From Carcharhinus amblyrhynchos (taxonomy: Eukaryota), in assembly GCA_965287045.1 (NCBI GenBank), contig OZ336884.1, positions 51,646,001-51,710,000 on the forward strand: a DNA stretch of 64,000 bases, given 5' to 3'. Positions 1 through 11,800 of this stretch are shown piece after piece. Position 1 is the stretch's first letter, and each line of letters opens with the position of its first letter. The translations under genes and the position numbers were made by a program. The notes under the pieces are model-generated. The model had not been told where the DNA came from. It ran no database searches and saw only the letters and a list, made by a program, of their open reading frames with translations.

Positions 1-2129
1 CATGCTACTGCATTCTGACACAATCTATAAAGCTATATGCTTTTCTGTCATTTTTCTGGGTGAGACAAAATTTTCTTCAGTTTATCAATGGTATGACCCA
101 AACTATTGCCTTTGGTTTCTGCCACATTTACTAGACACAGATTCCAGTCCCCTCAGTGGCTTCGTCTGAGGTCGAATCATATTGTTCACATTCTTAGTGT
201 CTGAATTGACCCCGAGCTGTGCTGCTTAATCCATGTTTTTTCGATGTCTTACCTTTATATAAATACAAGTTGTTGTTTCTAAGGGAGTAAAAAAAATTGC
301 TAAAGAGATATTGAAAATGGTACACACCGTTACACTGGGACTTTGCCATTACATGATGTAATTTAAAAGCTATAACAGAATAGAGGGCCGAGGAAGTATT
401 CACAATAAGGAAGGAGGCAGATCTGAGTTTCTGTGCATTGCAGCCCAATTAAATCACTATCACCACCACTCCCTAAATCATATCAGCCTCTATTTATAAG
501 ATAAAGTCATTTTAAACTCAAGTACACAACGTACAGTCAATCACAAGTCAGGGGAGGTTCAATTCATCAAAAAAAGCATGCTCATATCAGAAACTCGTGT
601 CAGAAAGTCACCTTTTCACAATTACTAATCGATCCCAGAGCCAACACACAGGGACAAATTGCTTCTAAACCACATGCTTTTAAATGGAACAAGCTATAAA
701 GCATGGCAGGGTAACTTTCTAAAAACTACAAGCAAAATCTATTAGACAATAAGCAGTTAGATATCTCACTCTGATGACCTTAGTTTACTTCCGATCACAG
801 TCTTTGCACTGTAATAAAAAAAAACACTTGCTTAGAAGCAGAATGGTATGCTGTTATTAGGAAATACGTCCCACTGAAAAAAATAAAGAAAATGTTTGGG
901 CCCAATTAGTTCTTAATGTGAGCAGCCTAAATTCCCAGGCCCTCTCTGTTGGTTATCTTTTAAACATTTGTACTTCCATAATTTATAAAGTGATCAGAAT
1001 GGATATGCCCTATTTTTGCTATCTTACTGGTACTCCAGATAAAGCATCAGTACACTTTCACTTAGTGTGTTTTGTTAAATAGAAATAAAATGTGCCCTAC
1101 GAGGTGAATTCAGCGTAATAGGTGTAAGCCTTATATGTTTAACTTGAAGGTGTTTCATGAATCTTTCTTCCTTGCAGAAAGACCGAGTGCAATTGAGCTT
1201 CCTGTACACTAGCCTCATGAATTTGACGAGTTTAATTTGAGATTGCCCAGTTGCTATGTGGGACCGAAACATGGGCTTCTGTAGCACGTGTCTGAGCAAA
1301 TAGAAATGCAGCTTCAAACACAAAGTATTTTGCTATTCAATCTTCAGAGCTGTTATAACAATGACCCACATGAGAACGCAATTTAGTGATAGTTGAAGAT
1401 TCTTTGTACACAGTGTGGAAAGAGGAGTAAAGAAAAATTACATTGATACCTGTCGTATTTAGGCCTGACGTGATATGCTGGGGAAACTGAACAAGATGGA
1501 ACATCTGACCGAACAGTAAGTTGCAATGAATGCATGTTTGGGCCCCTGGCAGTTTAGATGCACTGAGTGTGTGTGTATGCATATCTTGATAGGCTGAAGC
1601 TTGTTTGGAATGGAAAGCGTCCCCAGCTTAGCTAACATGGTGCCAGAACTCCAATTTCAGAAGTTGGCTTTGAGGGTGTAAGGGCAAAGGGTGAGAGGTC
1701 ATGTGTTGGGTCATGATGAAAGGGCTACAAGGTAGGTAGAGGGGCATAGGCTGGTATGCAGCATATGAGGGGCTATGGGGTAGCATGACTTGGCATGGAT
1801 GGAGCATGCTAATTATGTCAGGTGGTGTGAAGGGACATGAGGGATGAGGCATGGAGGGTTGTTTTTTGTTGATTTTCCTTACAAGTCCTGGAGCACCGAG
1901 GTGGGCCATTCATAGTCTGCATCTGTACTCAGCAGTCCCTATGGCTGTCTCCAAACTCTCTCCGGCTTGGCTCCAGGAAGCTTGACTCTCCCTAACACTT
2001 ACCCCCTCTCCCACCCCCGCTGCGACTGGAACCAAAGCACAACACCTTTAACACTTTCTCCCAAGCCAGGTTTGTGGTGTTGGGAATTTCCCCAACTGTG
2101 TACTCCTGACTCTAAAATGAAATTTCAGT

Positions 2130-3075
2130 TGACAGTGTGTGTCTGGGTCTCCATTGGTTGAGAAGCAGTGCATGTCTGGGTCTCTGGCTGTTTAGATTCA
2201 GTGCATGTCTGAGTCTCTAGATGTTTAGATGCTGTGAATGTTTGAATCTCTAGCTGTTAAGCTAAGGTCTGTGGCTGGGTCTTGAGCTGCTTAGATGCAG
2301 TGTGCGTGTGTGCCTGGGTCTCGAGCTGCTTAGATGCAGTGTGCGTGTGCGCCTGGGTCTCGAGCTGCTTAGATGCAGTGTGCGTGTGCGCCTGAGTCTC
2401 GAGCTGCTTAGATGCAGTGTGCGTGTGCGCCTGAGTCTCGAGCTGCTTAGATGCAGTGTGCGTGTGCGTCCGCGTCTCGAGCTGCTTCGATGCAGTGTGC
2501 GTCTGCGTCTCGAGCTGCTTCGATGCAGTGTGCGTCTGCGTCTCGAGCTGCTTCGATGCAGTGTGCGTCTGCGTCTCGAGCTGCTTCGATGCAGTGTGCG
2601 TCTGCGTCTCGAGCTGCTTCGATACAGTGTGCGTCTGTGTCTCGAGCTGCTTAGATGCAGTGTGCGTCTGCGTCTCTAGCTGTTTAGATACTGTGTATGT
2701 TTGGGTCTCTAGTTGTTTAGATGCCATGTGTATCCGGGTCTCTGGTTTGATATGTGCAGTGTGTGTCTGGTTGTCCAGATGCAGTACTTTAACTGAATTT
2801 AGCTGCTGGATGCAGTGTGTGTCTGAGTCACTGCTAAATTAGATGCAACGTGTTGTGTCTGGTTATCTGGTTGTCTAAATTCAGTCACAAATACTGCATC
2901 TGGACAACCAGACACACACTGCACATATTAAACCTGAGACCAGGCACACGGCATCTAAACAGGCATGTGTGTGCCTGGTTCTCTCACTGTTCAGATGCAG
3001 TGTGTATTTCTGGTTCTCTGGCTGTCTAGACGCAGTGTTGTGACAGAATCTCTGATTGTCTAGATACAGTGCGTC
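2130..3075. repeat. Minisatellite with 39-bp and 33-bp units; homogeneous core about 2284-2677 with degenerate flanks
   Basis: Units gagctgcttagatgcagtgtgcgtgtgcgcctgggtctc (39 bp) then gagctgcttcgatgcagtgtgcgtctgcgtctc (33 bp); they explain the repetitive ORFs at 2257-2842. Confidence 0.95.
2715..2961. repeat. Inverted repeat at the edge of the minisatellite (arms about 2715-2802 and 2875-2961)
   Basis: atatgtgcagtgtgtgtctggttgtccagatgcagta (2750-2786) has an exact 37-bp reverse complement at about 2892-2928; the flanks pair imperfectly. Confidence 0.9.
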
Positions 3076-4305
3076 ACTACTAGTTATGTTGCTTTTTCCT
3101 TGCAGTCATTTTGTTCAGAATCAGGGAGTCCTGTGTCTGCAACCTTATCCCAGCAGCAACCTGTACACATGGGCAACTGAGTCTACAGGTTTAGCCCTGG
3201 GACAAGGAATATTGTTTTACCTTATAAAGGTGGGCAGGTTGATAATGATTACGTTGCCTAGAATCAGAAGTAAAACAGTGTAATTGTACTGCTAATTTCC
3301 ATTCAAAGCAATGTCTAATGTAGTGGAGTGGTTTTGTTACAAGAAGTTAAAAAATTAATAGCCATTTTATCTGCTTTAAGAGTCATCTACTCTGAATATG
3401 AATTAGTTGGATCCATGTACAAATTTTTTTTGTTACTGTCTACATAGTTACTGGCTGGGGAAAAATCAGTGAAAGGGCTGTTTCCTCATTCTCTTGAGCT
3501 TTCCGCTTACGTTTTGGTCTCCAGGCCTCCTATCCCGCACCATGGTACATGCTGTCGGCTAAGGTTTTGGTCTGTGACCCCAGACGATAATTAGTGCAGG
3601 CAACCCGGCAATTTTAAGGGATGAACCAAGATGAGTGAATATACGGACATCGATCTTGCAAAAATATGCCAACTATTTCTTGGGGATATATTTTGTACCT
3701 TTATTATAAAGCAATCAGGAAAAAAACAAGTTCTGTTTGGCTCTCCATGTGACTGAAAATGTAAAATATTTATTTACCTTGTGGTTTTTTTTTAATTTCA
3801 AGTTTATGTTTGTACTGTGATCGAAAATCTTGGGTTGGGATCCCCCGACATTACATATATTAAAATGGGAAAACTTGCTTCTGTGTTTAAGATTTAAGCA
3901 GTGGATTCCAGAAACATACCATACCAGTTAAAATGGGGAATTCCTGCATAAAGTGAATTTATTTCCTATGTCAATTCGTAAAGACACAATTTATGGAAAT
4001 TGACATTTGGAAGATCTTACATTCAGTTTCTATAGCTGCCTCTATGTCTCCCCAATGCCTGTGCCAGTCAGGGTTCAATACAGCCAGCATTAGGAAGATC
4101 TAGTATGAATGAATCTTTTAGTCTTGAATCAATTGGTTCAATGCCTGTAAGTTAGGAACCTATATCACTGGCACAGGACTTAGCGGAAGATAGAAGCAAT
4201 TTTTCAACACACCTATAATGTTATCCCTATTTCTGGTTTTTATGCTAAACAAGAATCCTTTACACCTTTTTGATGAGTATGAATAGTTTTAAAAGTAGTA
4301 CATAC

Positions 4306-4366
4306 TTGATATAGTAGGGCACTTTATTGGGAGATATTGCCCGCTCCCAAGGATCCTGGACAGAAG
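4306..4366 (-). CDS. DMD: Dystrophin exon 62 equivalent (61 nt), N-terminal half of the WW domain
   Basis: cttcttgtttccag|CT TCT GTC CAG GAT CCT TGG ... TAT ATC AA|gtatgt; (T)SVQDPWERAISPNKVPYYI(N); phase 1 to 2. Confidence 0.97.
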
Positions 4367-4829
4367 CTGGAAACAAGAAGCCAAAGGAAAAAAGGTCAAG
4401 CCCAGAGTAAATAAAAAGAAGACGTTAATCATTAAAATAACTATTTTTATACTCAGCTCAGCAGATCTCCATCTGTTTGCTCAGCTGCCCATGAAGAAGG
4501 GAAGGATCAACTTAGCGGACTGGGAAATTTTTCCATAATCTGTTTGAAATTGAACCCTTTCACCACAAAAATAATGGTGGAGCACATGGGTCACAAACCT
4601 AAAAGGGTCAATAATTACAGTATGCATTGCTTTTAATGCCATCATCCCATTTCATAGCAAAAAACAAACAGTACAAACATATTTAATAAATCACCAGTGA
4701 GATTGTTGCATCCGGTAATGTTGCATTACCCACTGCTATTATTATAACTATAATATCAAAATGATTCAAAAGAACTAAAAAGAAACTTCTGTAAAATATT
4801 GTGGAAAAACCATTGAAAAACCAACTACA

Positions 4830-5555
4830 GGGCAGAATTCTCCAAATTTGAGACTAAGTGCCGTGGCTGGAATGAGAACAAGGAATGTTTCATATTGAGA
4901 CGGCCAGCTGGAAAACACACCAAATTATCCAGCTGTGACTTAAATAGTTATGCATATGAGTGCTTTGTGCTATTTTCCATGGTGGGGCAGTCCTGGACAA
5001 CATGTAGCTAATTGTCATCTCCAGGTGCCATATTGGTATGGTGTTCAATATCACTGACCCACTATTGAAGAAAGAAAATGGATCTCCTGAAAATGAAGAC
5101 AGATTTCCTGAGAACAAATATGGATTTTCTAGAACATACTGATGCTGGAAGATAGACCCACTTCAGGACACCAAATCTGGAAGCTCTCCTGACTCACTGT
5201 TGTGGTGTCCCAGTGTCCAGGGTTGCAGGTGGCCTCTATCCTGAACTTCAGAGGCAGGCCCAGGCATTGTTCAGATGAGTCCCAACATCTACGTGCCAAG
5301 TTGTTCCGATCGTGTTTCTCACTGGCATGTTTTCCTCCCAACATTGTGGAGAATCTGACATGGGAGGTTGGGCCTTCATCTCATTAATGGGAAGCAAATG
5401 ACGTTCACACTGGCCTCTGGTGAGCTTTCCAACCCGCCATGGCCAGCACCAGCAGAAGATCCCGCTGTAAATTCATGCTGGCATGAAACTACTGCCTGAT
5501 TCTCCCAGCATGGCCAACATCAACCATGCCAGCAGGACCTTGCGAGAATTCCACA
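4830..5555. mobile_element. Degenerate MITE-like non-autonomous element
   Basis: GC-richer block that starts gggcagaattctcc and ends gagaattccacac (imperfect terminal inverted repeat); no coding motif. Confidence 0.45.
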
Positions 5556-5689
5556 CGCGGCGTAATGCTCTTGTTTAATTGTGTCCTTATTCTGACTGAA
5601 AGTGCAATGAGGTTAGTGAATAAACATTCAAGCGTTATATCAGGATCTTTGGGGATTATCATTTGAATGTCCCTACTCTGCAGTTAATT

Positions 5690-6030
5690 GTCAACTATGG
5701 CTCAATGGTAGCATACTCATCTCTGAGCCAGGAAATGTGGGCTTGAGTTCCACTTGAGACTTGAGTGCTGAAGGTTGACATGTTGGAGGTGCAAAGTTTC
5801 AAATAAAATCTTTAACTGAGGCCATGTCTGGCTTCTCAGGTAAAAGGACCCCCATTTCAAAGAGTTCCTGGTAATTATGGTCTAAAACTGATTGATTGGT
5901 TAACATTACATTGCTGTTTGTAGGTTTATGCTGCGTGCCCCAAATTACAACAGTGTCTTCAAAATTGCTGTAAATCTCTTCGGGATACCCTGAGATTGTG
6001 AAGAGTACAAGTGTGAACCCAATCGCTTTC
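5690..6030 (+). mobile_element. Decayed SacSINE1-like DeuSINE
   Basis: tRNA-like head (tggctcaatggtagc), Deu-like core (cattgctgtttgtagg...gctgcgtgc), tail cgggataccctgagattgtgaa; homologous to the copy at 18065-18481. Confidence 0.65.
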
Positions 6031-6199
6031 TGTATAAAAGTATCGTTTGGTCCAGTGTGTGCAGGTCACCAAGATCCCATTTCAAACACTAACTTCATCA
6101 GAACAGCAGTGATGAATTTAGGTTTGTGAAGTTTTAGTACTGCTCAAAATAAACTAGCAAAATTTATTTTAGTTTGTCACAAGGAAAATATTTTGTTAA

Positions 6200-6543
6200 T
6201 GTGACACTGTGGCACAGTGGTTGGCACTGCTACCTCACAGCTCCAGAGACCTGGGTTCGATTCCCTGCTTTGGTCTCTGTCTGTGTGGAGTTTGCATGTT
6301 CTCCCCATGTTTGTGTGGGTTTCCTCTGGGTGCTCCCGTTTCCTCCCACAGCCCAAAGGTGTGCAGGTTAGGTGCATTGGCCATGCCTAAATTACCCCTT
6401 AGTGTCCTGGGATGCGTGGGTTAGAAGGATTAGTGGGCTAAATATGTGGAGTTACAGTGATAGGACCTAGGTGGGACTGTTTTTGGTGCAGACTTGATGG
6501 GCTGAATGGCCTCCTTTTGCACTGTAGGGTTTCTATGATTCTA
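6200..6543 (+). mobile_element. HE1-type V-SINE, full length
   Basis: A box tggcacagtgg, B box ggttcgattcc, V-domain gtggagtttgcatgttctcccc...ttcctcccacag, CR1-like tail gggctgaatggcctcc...ttctatgattcta. Confidence 0.9.
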
Positions 6544-7671
6544 GAATTTCTTGCTCCACATTTACTTGGAGTTAATAGGGGACAGTGCCAAGTGGAAGTT
6601 TAAAAAGGATAGACTGACAACGAGTGATGGGAATTGTGCTATCCTCCCAAAATTAGCACTGAAATTATTGAGTACCTAACAAAGTTGGTAAAAGTATACT
6701 CTGCAATGTGAATCTTATTATTTCTGCTGTAAACAGATGAAAAAGTAATTTTGAATAAAATTGTATGATTCCAACAAGAAAGGGGGCCACATGAATATTA
6801 GTAAATTATATAACGGCACCAACAAGGTGACTAAAACCTGCAGCAATGTTCATGAAATTGCTAGAGCAACCTTTACAGGAAGGAAAGGGGTCCAGTTAAT
6901 GATCTATTGGCATCATTACAGCGCACCATGAATGTTCATGAACTTGCTTCCCGTCTTGTTTACTGATGATAAATAATGCAGTGTTAATGAAGTCCCTGTA
7001 CGTACATGATTTTAATTTTTAAAAGGAAAACTGTACGGTCAGTCTATAAGAACATTTATAAACTTTATTTAAAAAATTCCAAATCAGAAAATCTACCGAA
7101 TAGCAGCAGAAGCAGACTGCTTTGTAGTATCATACAATCCTACAGATGGAGAATCTCTCCATTATACAGCAGGACTGACAGCTCATGCTCTTCAAAGGCA
7201 TTGTTCTCAAATAGTTCAGAAAGATATCTACAGCCTAGTGAGTGGAAACCTTTCTGCTGGTCTGTACAATCATACGATGTTTAGCTTACTGATAACCAGG
7301 AAACGGTTCACGTGAAAAGACATGAAAAACTTGGATTTGAATTGTGCCTTTCGCAACCTCAGGATTTCCCAAAGTGCTTTGCAGACAATTAAGTATAACG
7401 ATGCTATTATGGTTATAATTTATTCTGATATAATGCATGGTGTATTTAAAGAATTTTAACACCCCCAGTGGTCCAAACACTGCTTCAATACATTGTCCCT
7501 CATACTAGCAATACCATCACTGGCTGCTTCAAAACTAAATGTATTATAAGCTGCCTTGAGAGCTCTAATCAGAAAGCACTCTGTGCTGACTGGTGACAAT
7601 GATTAACATACAATAAGTGGACATTTATCCACAATCTCTTCTATTGTATACATACAAAAATCTGAAAACAC

Positions 7672-7903
7672 TTGCCAACAGATTCAAGAACAGCTTCTTC
7701 CCTGCTGTCATCATACTTCTGAATGGTCCTATCATATATTAAGCTGATCTTTCTTTTCAGCCTATCTGTAACTGCAACACTATATTCTGCACCTTTCTTT
7801 TATGTACCTTATGAACAGTATATTTTTGCCCGTACAGCACACAAGAAACAATATTTTTCACTGTATCCCAATAAGTGACAATAATAAGTCAAATCAAATC
7901 AAA
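7672..7903 (+). mobile_element. LINE 3' end, Rex1/Babar-like
   Basis: caagaacagcttcttccctgctg...(tcaaa)n tail; same family as 30758-31080. Confidence 0.6.
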
Positions 7904-9048
7904 TTTTTATTCAAACCTTTCATGAGGAATTACAGTGGGACATATTTGAGGAACAATTCATTTTTTGAAGGATAAATGTTTAAGTCCTGAACAGTATCCC
8001 CACCACTCCCTCCAACACCACCTTTGTCCTCCTCTCTTAATGATAACTTAGCTTTGGGAAATGGGGTGGAGGTCAGGGGTGTTAAAATCCTTACAGTGGC
8101 CTTGTCATCTGATCTTCATACCATGTACTATATTAGCAGCTGTGTTTTGGCCAACCAGTGAGGCCCAAGCACCAGGTAGATTAGGCCCTTATAGAAATTT
8201 ACAGCACTGAACACACAATCTAGCCTGAAGTTTTTGTGTGGTCCAAAATGGGTGGGTGCTTCTGATATTTACTGGAAATGGTAAGAAAAAGAATCAGACA
8301 TAGATGTAATGCAATGATCTTTGTCTTATTCACTTCCAATGCCCACTCCATAACTACTTAAAATTTCGGTGATTAGCAATGTTCCCTCTAAGCTGTCTGG
8401 CCATGCAGCAATCTGATTGTTCCCGCAAAGGCCAAATGCTCAAATTGGTCCCTTTAAATGATCTGCATGACTGTGTTTAAAAAAAAGAGCTTTGCACTTG
8501 AAACAAATTATTCATGCATTACAAAAGTAAAACAGAGCTGACATTGGTGGTAAGCTCAGGAAAATCTGGGCTATGGTATACATAAAAAGTAGAGAGAAAA
8601 ATAAATCATGATTTTGAATCACAATCCCAACTACTGTTTGGTCCCACCTTGCCTCCTGTCAGACTTGTGGATTGCCAAAAGGTAGGAGTCCTAAACACAT
8701 ACCTGAGACAATAAGTTTAACTATCGTGCTCCATATTACTCAGATTAACAAATGTTGTTTGGTTTATCGTGGTTTTGAGTTTCATGTAAAAAGACTTAAT
8801 TCAAATGACTTATGTTCTAATAAATTGAAGCAAGAGTTCAAAGAAAATAAAAACTTTCCTTCGGTATAGTGATTGGAAAATAAACCATGTTAAATTGTCC
8901 TGAATGCCTTTAGACACCAAGTTATAACATATTTGAATACACTTGTAAATAGAAGAAAATAAAAATTAATGGATTGTTTTATACATAAGAAGAACTTTCA
9001 GAATGTCATTGTAGAATCACTCTAGAATAATATGAATCCATTACTTAC

Positions 9049-9127
9049 TAGTCAGGAAGTGTTGGGATGTGGGACCAAAATCCCTATGAGCCTCATTCAG
9101 TTGCTTCAAGCGTTCATCTATGGACAC
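9049..9127 (-). CDS. DMD: Dystrophin exon 61 equivalent (79 nt), end of repeat 24 / hinge 4
   Basis: ttctctttcttttcttcag|GTG TCC ATA ... CTG ACT A|gtaagt; [26 protein letters not shown]; phase 0 to 1. Confidence 0.97.
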
Positions 9128-10394
9128 CTGAAGAAAAGAAAGAGAAGGAATTATTAATATGGTTGAAAGGGATGTAGCCAACTATCACCTTTATCAATTG
9201 TATAACATTTCTGCATTAATCAGCTTTTCAGGGAGTTAAAATGTGAATATCCTGGTGGATAAATCTTCATTTACGATGACCCATAATTTTTTACCTTAAT
9301 TTTATTCCCTTTAGACTAAAAACCTAGACAAACTCCATGACAAGTAATTAAAAAGATGGCTGGGAATTAATTTCTGTTTTAACTCTACTGGGATTTTTCT
9401 TTTCCTTTCTTCTTCCAGTTGTATAATAATAAAAAAAACTACATTTTTAATAGTTATCCACATGAGAACTTACTGCCTGCTTCTGGTTACAGAAACTTAC
9501 CTTACCTAAAATGGCAATTTCAATTTATATTTATGGTATATCTGGCTCTTCAAGGAGCGTGTGTGAAAGGGAGTGGAACAATTTTCCCTTTTTTGTTAGT
9601 TACATGGGAATTACAACACATTTTACAGTGCCTCAGTAACATTCCTTAATCTCAGTCTCAGGAGGATGCCTGTCCATGGCCCTCAACCAATTCCTCCATT
9701 TTCTACAACTTGGCTGCCTTTTAACTTTCCTCAGTGCATGTGCAAGTTAATGCCAAATTAGGGACAGATTTGTCCTGTAATGTTTATGCCAGCTGAAATA
9801 AACTTGCACTCTACTGGTCTGCACAGGATACAAATCCAGTTCAGAATGAAAGACGAATGTTCTGACCCAAACCACTTGAATTCTTTTTTTTAATAAACTA
9901 TATTGATACTTAGGAGTGCAAATGAGCCTGGCGTTTAAGCCAGGGTTATATAACAAATGGTTAAATTAATTTGGTGTGCTATCATCAACGAAGATCGTTA
10001 CAGATACTGTACTGAATAGATGGAAAGTAGTCCCAGTCCTACCTGACACACTGAAATAAATAATCAAATTAGAGTCTTGTGACTGACATAAATTGCCAGC
10101 AGTTTTAAAAAATTGTGTTTGTATTTTATATGGTTACAACAACAAGGGACAATAACAAATGTTAACACCTGCTCTTTTTACTGCTATTTTAGTAAAAACG
10201 TGAACCTGCTTACTTTATATCAGCAATATTTTGCGAATGTGCAGTATAACATGACTGACTAAATAGAAACCATCAGCTTTTTGTTGAAAATCGGTTGGGT
10301 CCATCACGTAGAGTGGCTTGGTAGTAGCACCACTGACTGTGCTGGCTGAATCCTTGCAAAATCATAGAAGGCAGCCATTTGGCCCATTGAGTCA

Positions 10395-11800
10395 TACCAG
10401 TTCTCTGCGAGGGTGATACTTTTCTTTTAATTCTCTTGCCCTTTTCTCTTGAAAGGCATAACTGGCAGCTTAGGCTTGTGATGGATGATGAGTGTGCCAA
10501 CCTCAGAATAACTTGACTACAACATCACCAATCTACCTGCCTGGATTCTTCTTCAATGATCACTCACTAACCCCATGTCACTGGTCATGGGATCAGTGGG
10601 TCCTTGCAAGGCTGACGAGCCCGATTCTAGAGCCACATCTCTGACCGCACATTTGGCAGGTGTTTCCGGGTAGGAGAATTGGTCCTTGGACTTGAGATCT
10701 TTGGCATTCCTTTTTCAGGATCCATTCCTGTTCTCTGCAAGGGTGATCCTTCTCATTTTACTCTCTTGCCCTTTTCTCATGAAAGTCATAGTCTGCAGCC
10801 TGGGTTTGTGGTGGATGATGTGTACCAACCTGAGGGAAACTTGTCGTCACGTGTTCTCAAATAGTTGTATCCTTTCAATCAGAAGATTCCTCCAGTTGGG
10901 TTTCTTCTAAGCAAGGGTCTCCCAGGCACTGACAACTATGTTGTATTTCTTGACGAGTGCCTTCAGGGTGTTTCTTAAGCACTTCCTTTGTCCTTGTTCA
11001 ATTGCCTTCCTTTGATCCCATGACCAGTAACATGGGGTTAGTGAGTGATCATTGAAGAAGAATCCAGGCAGGTAGATTGGTGATGTTGTGGTCAAGTAAG
11101 TTATTCTCTGAGGTTGGCACAATCATCACCCATCACAAGCTCAAGCTGGGTGAAGATGATTTGCTTTAGCAGTTGGGCCTCTGGCATTCTAAGTACATGG
11201 CCAGCACAGCAGAGTTTGTTTTGGATGATCATGGTCCTAACGCTGGTGCTCTTGGCTCCATCGAGGGTGCTGATGTTTGTACACACTGATAATGACAATC
11301 TGTCTCAGGCAGCATTGATAGTGCCTCTCTGGGGCCTTGAGGTGGCCACTGTATGCAGTCCAAATTCCTGAGCTGTATTAAAAAGTTGGGAGGACGACTG
11401 CCTATGAAGATTGTAGTATCAACATGGATGTCACGATCTTCAAAGACTCTCGTCCTTAGGCATCCGAAGGCCCACAGATTGGATACAATGTTGGATCTCC
11501 ACATCAATGGCAGCCTCCGATAAGAGGGAGGGATAATGTTCCATATTTGGCAGGGATTCTCCAATGATCTTGATGGAAGGAGAGACCGGATCTTGCCCTG
11601 CAGCAGGTTGGTGAAGGGCTTGCGACTTCTTGAGGTTAAAGCTGAGACTGAATCTTGGACATGCTTCTACAAAGACATCCAGCGTGGTGGGGAGATACCC
11701 TCTTGAGAGGGAGAAAATGGCGGTATCATCCACATACTGAAGTTCCATAAGTCAATGTCAGATGAAATAGACGATAGGGGTTAGCAATGCATCATCCTTA
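10395..11800 (-). mobile_element. RTE-clade LINE 3' portion, decayed and internally rearranged
   Basis: ELQYVDD RT motif, GHVLRMPEAQLLKQI, GQRKCLRNTLKALVKK, and C-terminal CQMCGQRCGSRIGLVSLARTH at about 10596-10660. Confidence 0.85.

Noticed and set aside
2257-2842. Repetitive ORFs (ASKQLETQTHT)n, (VRLRLELLRCS)n and a Cys-rich frame; also a CRISPR-like appearance
   Set aside because: By-products of 33/39-bp tandem units. There are no unique spacers and no splice or start context, and this is a eukaryotic intron.
1-4305. Dp71 first exon or exon 63
   Set aside because: I found no MREQL-like start and no HETQTTCWDHP coding sequence; they presumably lie beyond the left edge of the window.
6209-6270. 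tRNA gene
   Set aside because: The A and B boxes belong to the SINE head; there is no complete cloverleaf and the sequence continues into the V-domain.
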